64,000 bases of DNA from Eledone cirrhosa (lineage: Eukaryota), in NCBI GenBank assembly GCA_964016885.1, contig OZ024742.1, positions 293,198,001 through 293,262,000 of the forward strand. The letters are read 5' to 3'. Below, piece by piece: positions 55,893 to 64,000 of this stretch (its first letter is position 1; each line of letters starts with the position of its first letter). The notes under the pieces were generated by a model. The model did not search any database, was not told where the DNA came from, and worked only from the letters and a program-made list of their open reading frames with translations. A program made the translations under genes and the position numbers.

Positions 55893-55955
55893 TTTCCTTA
55901 TACTTTCACTCGTGTAGGATATCTCGTTTTTTTTTCACTTTGGAAAAAAAACCTC

Positions 55956-55963
<8 letters not shown>

Positions 55964-56038
<75 letters not shown>
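55964..56038. repeat. Pure (TA)n microsatellite
   Basis: Directly visible. Confidence 0.97.
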
Positions 56039-56040
<2 letters not shown>

Positions 56041-56574
56041 AACCAGTAAGACCCCGACGGCTGAGCTCAAGCCGTTTCGACGGCTAATTCTGGACTAAAT
56101 GAAAATTTATCCTGGTATTTAAATAGCCGAGCTGCTCAAGGGGTAATTCCATATATGGTCAAAGTGATTGTCACAAGGATTGGTCACAAGTTAGTAGTAA
56201 TTCTGTGATGGCAAATTAGTGGGGGAAGGGGTAGCTAAACCTGCCAGTAGGAGAAAAATGATGTGAAAATCATAGCTAGTGCCTTTTATTAGAAATATAG
56301 TAAAAGTAGCTAGGGCACAAACTTGAACAACAATGAATATTATATTTAAACATAGTGCAGTTATAGTTATCTCACCAATGTTAGTATTGTCATCTCACCT
56401 TCCTTGTTTTCCTTCATGTTACTTGCTGTCATAGGTTATAAAAGTCAACAATACCGTATCAACCATTATTTTATGTTTTCCACACTGGCAAGGGTTTAGA
56501 CAGGTTGGAGAACCATGTCTTACTCATATGTTCCAGTTTGGTATGGTTTCTTTACCCGGAAGCCCTTAATGCAA

Positions 56575-56770
56575 ACCACTTTATGGAGTGTACTGGGTGC
56601 ATTTTATCATGGTACCAGCACTACCACTTTTGAGAGGGGGCTGTGTGCATTGTATCATGGCACCAACATTACCACTTACTAGGTATACTCGTTACATTTT
56701 ATCATGACATCAGCACCACCACTTTACAGAATGTACTGGGGAGATTTTATCATAGCTCCAGCACTACAGA
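56575..56770 (-). repeat. ~50-bp minisatellite (about 4 units) derived from the RTE 3' UTR unit
   Basis: Repeated (T)TATCATG.CACCAGCACTACCACTT; a similar array on + lies at 59375-59560. Confidence 0.65.
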
Positions 56771-57081
56771 CTCTCTGATATATTTCTATGTGACTTATTC
56801 CCAAGTCATGTTAGGCCTGATTCACCAACTAATTGCTAGTGTAACTTGGACTTTATCTACTTTAGGTACTTTTAGCTACCAACTTCCATTACTTCTTCCC
56901 CCATGGACTAATGAGCATGTCTACATGGTCATTTAACTTGGCTAACAAAAGTAGTAATTACTGAAACTTATTAGCTTTAACTAATAATACTTATAAGTAA
57001 TTATACTTCCTATCTTTCACTAAGTCAGTCATCTACTTTGCAGATCTACTACAACTAAAATAAATGTTGATTATATCTATC

Positions 57082-57115
57082 TACACGCACGCACGCACGC
57101 ACGCACGCACGCACA

Positions 57116-57178
<63 letters not shown>
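57082..57178. repeat. (CACG)n(CA)n microsatellite
   Basis: Directly visible. Confidence 0.95.
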
Positions 57179-57181
<3 letters not shown>

Positions 57182-60100
57182 TCATCATATGCCTGCTTTC
57201 CATGCTGGCATGGGCTGTTATGGTCCAAGTCACATCACTACTTACTTGCAGGTACTGCACTCCTAGATAAACTGGAGGGACACATCTCACTTATTTATAT
57301 ATTCCATTTTTGACATGGTTTCTATGGCTGGATACCCTTCTTAATGCCAACTAGTTTAAAGAGTGTATTGGGTGCTCTTTATCATGGCATCAGCACTAAA
57401 GAGATTGTCAGATTTTCAGATAAACTGAAGAATTTTTCTCAGATTTAATACACAATAATTAGATTAGGTTTGAAAACCAAAATCTTCATTTTGATTTTAT
57501 TCCTACTTTCTGGCAGAAGCATGTAAATTACTTCCCATTAAACATTCTTTTTTTTTTGTCCTTAAGCAAATCTCTTCTACTTTTCCAGATTTACTTTTGT
57601 GTGTGTATGTGTGCATGCGCACGCACACACACACACACACACACACACTATTGTTTTAGACGTTTTAAATTGATATGCAGTTTCATATTTTACTTTTTAT
57701 AAGTTAGTCAAAGAAGGAAGGACAGTGCCCAGACTCTTTGTAAGCTCTGTTAGACTGGCAGTAGGATCAATATGGTTCATACTTAACCTGAGCATCTGTA
57801 ATTTAAGTCTGTTGTAAGGCCTTGCAAACTTTGTTCTTGTTTTCAGTGCTTTGAGTTAAAATCCTGCTGAAGTCAAACTTTACCTCTTACCCTTTTAGGG
57901 TCCATAAAATAAAGTACCAGTCCTGAGTAATGGATTGGCAAGGATTATTAGTGTGTTGGATGAGAAGCCTTGTAGTATTTGTTCTGACTTACTTAGGTGG
58001 TAGATTTAATCCATTGCCCTGCTTAAACATCACTACCTAGTCTTTGGGCGCCTTTAGTAGTATACCCTCTATCAAAAGTATTTAACACCAGGTCCTTGGT
58101 TTAATGATGCCTCCCTCTCTCTCCTTCCTGAAAAGTGTCATAAGCACTGCCATTCCCACTCTGACTAAATGCACAAACAGAAAATAAACTTCAGATCCAG
58201 TGAGACAATATGCTATCTTATTTTGTATTGTGCTACATCCTGAAATTAATCTCTTGTCTTCTTTTTATTCTTATTATCATTGGCATAGTGACATTTGAAA
58301 GGAAATTTCTCTCTTATTAACATTTCTTCATGACTACAATTTACAAAAGTTCAGGATAAGGGTAAAATGTTGGGTGTCATTTTCTTTTTCCTGTATATAG
58401 CATTAAAAAAAAATCTTTTGACATGTCTCTAGTGGGTAGTGATGATAGGTCCTACCTAATTTGTGCTTTAATTTTAATGTAATCATTATTAGCTACTTTA
58501 CTTATTATGGTCACACTGCTATATTATAACTGTATGTCTTTAAATAAAATTTAACATACATAGTCTGTGTGGCTAAGGTGTTTGTTTCGCAACCTTGTGG
58601 TTCTCAGCCTTGAGTGGAATTTGGTAGATGGAAACTGCAGAAGCTATTCTTGTGTGTGTGTGTGTGTGTGTGTCATAACTCAGAGATTCAACAAAAAAAA
58701 GATAAATTACGTATCAGATGTGAAAAAATTAGTACTGAAGGAGTTATGATTGATTAAATCAAGGCAGTACCACAGTATGGCCACAATCTAATATCTGAAA
58801 CCAGTAACAGAATGAAACAATTTAATAATAAAGCAAAACATAATTTGCATTGAATGGCTTGCCCCATCTCCTTTATAATGAAAGAACTAGCTACTACACT
58901 AACCCTTGTCCAGGTTTATTAATATCTAAAATATTTTCTTTTCTTCTTTAGGCCCTCAACTCATGATGTAGTCTTGAGGTGCTGTCACATGAATTTGGTA
59001 TATTTTGAATAAACTTTTTAAAATGATATTTACAATCTTTACTTAATCTAGAAATGTTGATTTACTTAGAATTGTTCCATCCAATCCATTCAGATGATAA
59101 AGTTGTGCTTTATAAAAACAAATAAAAATATAAGAAGCAAATATAAAACCTAAAATAAAATTTTACTCTTACATTTGATAATCCAGTGCAAATAGCATAT
59201 ACATTTAGGCTATCAAGGGATGCCAGACACCATCTGCTTTCTTCAAGGTTATCCGTATGACCTAACACTCCCTCTAAGCCAGTGCAATGTCCATGCTCTC
59301 TCAGCCATAAGCCCCACCAAAGATTTACCAGCAAGACCAAGGAGACTGAGCACTCTAGTGTTGTCATGAGTTAGTGATGGTACCACAATAAAATGTACCA
59401 GCCCACATTATAAGGTGGTACTTCTGGTGCCATGACTAAAGCACCCAGTCTACCCTGTAAGGTGGTAGTGCAGGTACATTGACGAAAAGTACACAGTCTA
59501 TCCAGAGTCGCAATAAAATATTCCCAGTACATGCTGTAAAGTGGTTGGTATTAGAAAGTATATGAGCAGGACTTAGTCACCTGACTGGTCTGGCCTCAGC
59601 ACATGACAGCTGTCTATTCCATGCAAGCATAGAAAATGAACTTTAAGCAGTGATAATGATGATGATCTATTATTTTTCTAGAAAAACATGTTATATTTTT
59701 CCAAATGCTGCACTAATTTACATAATTACTCTAAATTAGAATTATTTTTCTAATCAGTAAAATTTTCCAACATCTATTGCTTGGGGGTATATTGTATTCT
59801 TTTTTTTTTTTTTCTCACTGGAATTAAAAAGACCAAATTTTAGAAAAAAAAATCACATAAGCTATGACTTCTTTGAGAAAATGTGCTCCTATGTAAGATT
59901 TCATCAACCTATGTACAAAACTGTGACCTATAAACTTGAAACTCATACATATTAAGATAGAAAAGCACTCAGCCCATCCTGTGAGGTGGTAGTGCTGGTG
60001 CTATGAAAAAAATCTCCCAGTTCACATTGAAATGTAGTTGGCATTAGGAAGGGCATCCAGGCATAGAAAACCCAACCAAAAATGGATCGTATGTGCAAGA

Positions 60101-60517
60101 TGCAATCACCCAACCTGTCTGGCAACAAAACGTGGCAACCAGTCTATAACTTATACAAGTGTGGAAAACACAAATAGTGATGATGTTTAGTGAAATGCCA
60201 ACAAAAGAATCTTTGCAGTCGTGTTTGATCTGTTAGAAATGGCAGCTGAATTAGCCTCTACCATTCTAAAAACAGAACGACAGATTTGATAATGTAACTG
60301 TAAATACAATATTCTTATATTCTTTTACTGGTTTCTGTCATTAGACTGGAACCATGCTGTGACAAGAGATTTAATTAATCCTCTTGCCCCTGGTACCTAT
60401 TTTTTCAAGCTTGGTGCATCTTTTATCTTGTTCTTCTTGTCAAACCACTAAGATGAAAATACAAACACGCACATATACACATCATCATCATCATCATCAT
60501 TATTTTACATGTTTTCC

Positions 60518-60710
60518 GGGTGGTGGATTGGCAGTATTGGTAGAGGGTCGGACGCCATGCTTTGACGCATAGAGTTACGGCCCTTGCCATTCTGAGTTCA
60601 AATCCCGCCGAGGTTAACTTTGCCTTTCATCCTTACGGGGTCGATAAAATAAAGTACCAGTAATACACTGGGTAATTGCTGGCCTTGTGCCTAAAGTAGA
60701 AACAATTATT
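60518..60710 (+). mobile_element. SINE group 1, full length, perfect 19-bp TSD, inserted in an old RTE tail
   Basis: TSD ATTATTTTACATGTTTTCC at 60499-60517 and 60705-60723; A and B boxes intact. Confidence 0.92.
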
Positions 60711-60903
60711 TTACATGTTTTCCATGCTGGCAAGAGTTGGATGGGTTGTTACTGTCCAAAATTAAACTAGTTTGGGAACCATGCCTTGTTCATATTTTGG
60801 CATGGTTTTTATGGCTGGATACTTTTCTCCTTTTTTCTCCCCCTCCCTCTCATTATCTATCCTAAAGAAACTTATAAATAATGAATCTGACCAACTTTAT
60901 TTA

Positions 60904-60947
60904 ACATTCCTGATGATTTGATACAAATGAAACAGTGCTAGTCATGT
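60904..60947 (+). ncRNA. Degenerate minimal hammerhead ribozyme (PLE-end remnant)
   Basis: ACATTC-CTGATGA-TTTG-ATA-CAAA-T-GAAA-C-AGTGCTA-GTC-ATGT; GUC site present, stem I needs a 2-nt bulge. Confidence 0.4.
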
Positions 60948-60972
60948 AGAATTCATCTTTATATAATATAAA

Positions 60973-61280
60973 GGGGATTTGCACTTAGAAAGCTCTCCTC
61001 CGAGGTGCAAGTCTGGGCAAGGTTGTTTGTGGAAGACGAGCAGTCACCAATGCATATCAGTCTTCCCTCTCCATGCCACTGATGTTATCCAAGGGAAAGA
61101 CAATGGTTGATACAGCTTGGCACTACTGGCGCCGCAACTCATTTTTACAGTGGAGTAAACTGGAGCAATGTGAAATAAAGTGTCTTGTTCAAGGACACAA
61201 TACATCACTCGGTCTGAGTATTGAACTCACAACCTCACGATTGTAAGTCCAACATGCTAACTACTAAGCCATATGCCTTC
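60973..61280 (-). mobile_element. SINE group 2 with a fourth, unrelated tail
   Basis: tRNA head and CORE-like domain (61140-61280) joined to ...CTTCCACAAACAACCTTGCCCAGACTTGCACCTCGGAGG... Confidence 0.78.
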
Positions 61281-64000
61281 ATATATATATATCAAATTAA
61301 AAGGTAGAATTAAAAACTCATAGTAATCCCCTATGATCCAATGAGATCCAGGAAGAGAGACCGATCTCTTTATCATACATGGAGGTTTGTACAATTTGAT
61401 TTATTCTTTTAATTAATTTGTATATGCCACTCCGTCCATATTTTTTTATGTGCTTTACCAGGGTTGTACTTTATCCCCTATTATCCGACATAATTTATTA
61501 TGTGTCTTTTTCTCATTACTATGATATATATATATAATAAGATCCTGTAAAGTGAAATCCTTAACCATGCCTGTACTTATATGATTGAAGAAAAGATGGG
61601 AATAAAAGCTGGTTTGTTTATAGGTATATCAGTAGTAGACAGCTAAGTAGTATTGGACACGCATACACAGGCACAGTGTCATTCAGAAATGAATGATACT
61701 GGTGATACTATGGTTAAAATTTCTTCCAACCATTCTTGACATTGCCTCTGATAAATGTAGAACGGAAAAACGTTTTCCTCTATTAATAGTCACAAAATTA
61801 AATATAATACTGATAATATTCCCATCACACATTTCAAATAAATTCACTACATCTGGAAGCAATGAAAAGGATCTTCTGTAGGCTTCTAACCTAAATATCA
61901 AATATGTGTGCTATTTCAATAATTTAACAAACATTGCCAGTATTTTAGTAATTTTTAATCACTTTGTAATCGATGTACAACTTAACCATGTTGAACATTT
62001 AAACTTGCTATCTTAATGTTCCAAATCTGACATCCTGTAAATTCTGATACAAGTCAGTAAACACTGCTAAACTCAACACTGATATATATATTTTTAATAT
62101 TACTCTTTTGGTGGGAAGTGGGAGGCAGAGAAGAGAAGATATATTTTTAACCCTTTTGATACCTAACCACCTGAAACCGACCTTAATTCTATGATATAAA
62201 ACTGTTTGTTTTAAACTGTTATCTCCATCATCATCATCGAGTGAAGGTGCATGGCTGAGTGGTCAGAGAATTGGATTCATAATTGGGAGGTTGTGAGTTT
62301 GATTCCCAGACCAGGCGATGCGTTATGTCTTTTCACGTTGCTCCTTCTTTCTGGATTTGCGACTGGTAGATAGTATTAGCAATTGGAAAGACCAATGGAA
62401 ACATTGTTTCCTCAGTCTTATTTGACGAGATCCACCCTGCTCGTTAAGTGAATGATGTCAGGGATCTTGTTGATCGACTGATTTCATCATCATCATTTAA
62501 AATCTGTTTTTCCTGCTAGCAAGGGTTAGATGTATTTATCTTTTGTTGCGTCATGTTCCAAACACCAGCTTAAAAATAAGAATTTTATATTACTAAATCC
62601 CTTCAAATTCTTAAATCCCTTCAATTTCATAATTGAAAATCATAGGCAGTGTTATTGTCAAAAATGAATGGGTGGGGAATAAGGTTTCTCCTAATCCATA
62701 TATCAATCTCAATTGATAGTACATTTGTGAAAGGAATGGTAAGGAAACACTCCAAATAGAAATATATAGATATAGTGATAGATAGATGGTGTACAGAAAC
62801 AATTCCATCCCATAATAATGGTTTCTGATTTAGACACTAGGCCAACAGTGTTTTGGGAAAGGGAATGTCTTTCCCATCCTGATACCTTCAACTATTGTTT
62901 CTGCCTAATGGCTGTCTTGTCGGTGAATTTAGTAGATGAAAACTGTATGAATGTGTGTTTGTGTCTCTTTATTCAACTTCACTAGTACAGATGATGATAT
63001 TTGTTTATGTACCACATAAACAGAGGTCTCACTGTGCAGTGATGAGATGTGCACAGATCCATATCTTACTTAAAATAATAAAATAGAATACAAAATGGGA
63101 ATTCTGCTTCAATATTTCTCATCCAACCCAACAGACATAAAACTGATGATGGTGTGCTTTTGGTTTGTGAACCAGGAAACACTATGTTTAATTTTTTAAG
63201 GAAGTCTTTTATCCTTTGTGTATTTCCTTGAATTGCAAACTGGTCTTTATATCACTTTTTTTTTTAAGCTTAACTATATTTTGTTATTGTTTCCTTTTCC
63301 CCTGACAAGTCTTTTCAAATAGTTTGTTATATCTAAAAGGAAGTACATTGCCTTTTATGTGTCTTGTCTTTACATTTTAAGTTTCCAATATCATTTAGAT
63401 CATACTGATCTCTTTCTTAGTTCTTTCTACCTTCATGTTTCTTTTTGTGTTTATTCTACAGTTGTATTGATTGGCAATACATATCAATATCTATTCCAGA
63501 CTTAGTCTAAGGTCAAACTATAGAATATCTTATGTCTTTTTATATACTTAGGTTTGATGAAAATATATTTAGATCAGAAATTCAGAATTTCATCATCATC
63601 ATTTTTACATCCATTTTCCCATTATTAATTTATTTATTTATTCAGATTAGAGTCCTCACCTTGGTTGTTATAGTCACATTCTGGTCATACCCCTCCTGTT
63701 TTTATACTAGCATGTTTTCGACAAGACATTTTAGAAGTAGTATTCTACAGTTGGATGCCCTTCTTGATGCTAACCCTTATTTTTAAGAAAGGTTCTTATT
63801 CTACTAATCTTCACCTATCAAACCACTAAACTGCAGAATAAATTATGTGAGACTAACTATATTGATTAAGTGATGTCAGTGTTAAAACATTTGCTGAGGC
63901 ACACACAAACACACTCACATTATGTGTGTATGTCTTTTGTCTTTGCTTTACATTGACACCAGTTGGGCAGCCAGTGACACTTATGTTCCTCATAAACAAT

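Noticed and set aside
56575-56770. CRISPR-like repeat-spacer appearance of ~50-bp periodic units
   Set aside because: The units are degenerate tandem copies of an RTE UTR module; the context is eukaryotic, with no cas genes and no unique spacers.

Overview
AT-rich animal genomic DNA, most likely a coleoid cephalopod (Octopus-like). This is inferred from the repeat families and the (TA)n load, and was not confirmed by a search. No host protein-coding gene can be supported; the long YIYI/CVCV ORFs are artefacts of (TA)n/(TG)n arrays. The first ~21 kb is a nest of young retroelement insertions separated by very long compound (TA)n(TG)n microsatellites. It holds several RTE-clade LINE subfamilies (the largest copy has an open RT segment with an embedded PHD-type finger), an L1/Tx1-like 3' end, and palindromic Penelope-like (PLE) termini. 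The remaining ~43 kb is older intron-like or intergenic sequence with decayed LINEs (RTE, R4/Dong-like, PLE RT), two tRNA-derived SINE groups, TTAA-flanked piggyBac-like MITEs and Tc1/mariner-pogo-like MITEs. Most notable: (1) a ~390-bp near-perfect palindrome with an apparently complete minimal type I hammerhead ribozyme on each strand, plus several sequence-unrelated degenerate hammerhead-like PLE ends; (2) a CORE-like SINE head joined to four different 3' tails; (3) several retrotransposition scars (a ~105-bp target duplication, a twin-priming inversion, a fold-back 5' end, a nested self-insertion); (4) a U2 snRNA 5' fragment next to an R4/Dong-like insertion. All family names come from motif recognition by eye and need database confirmation.
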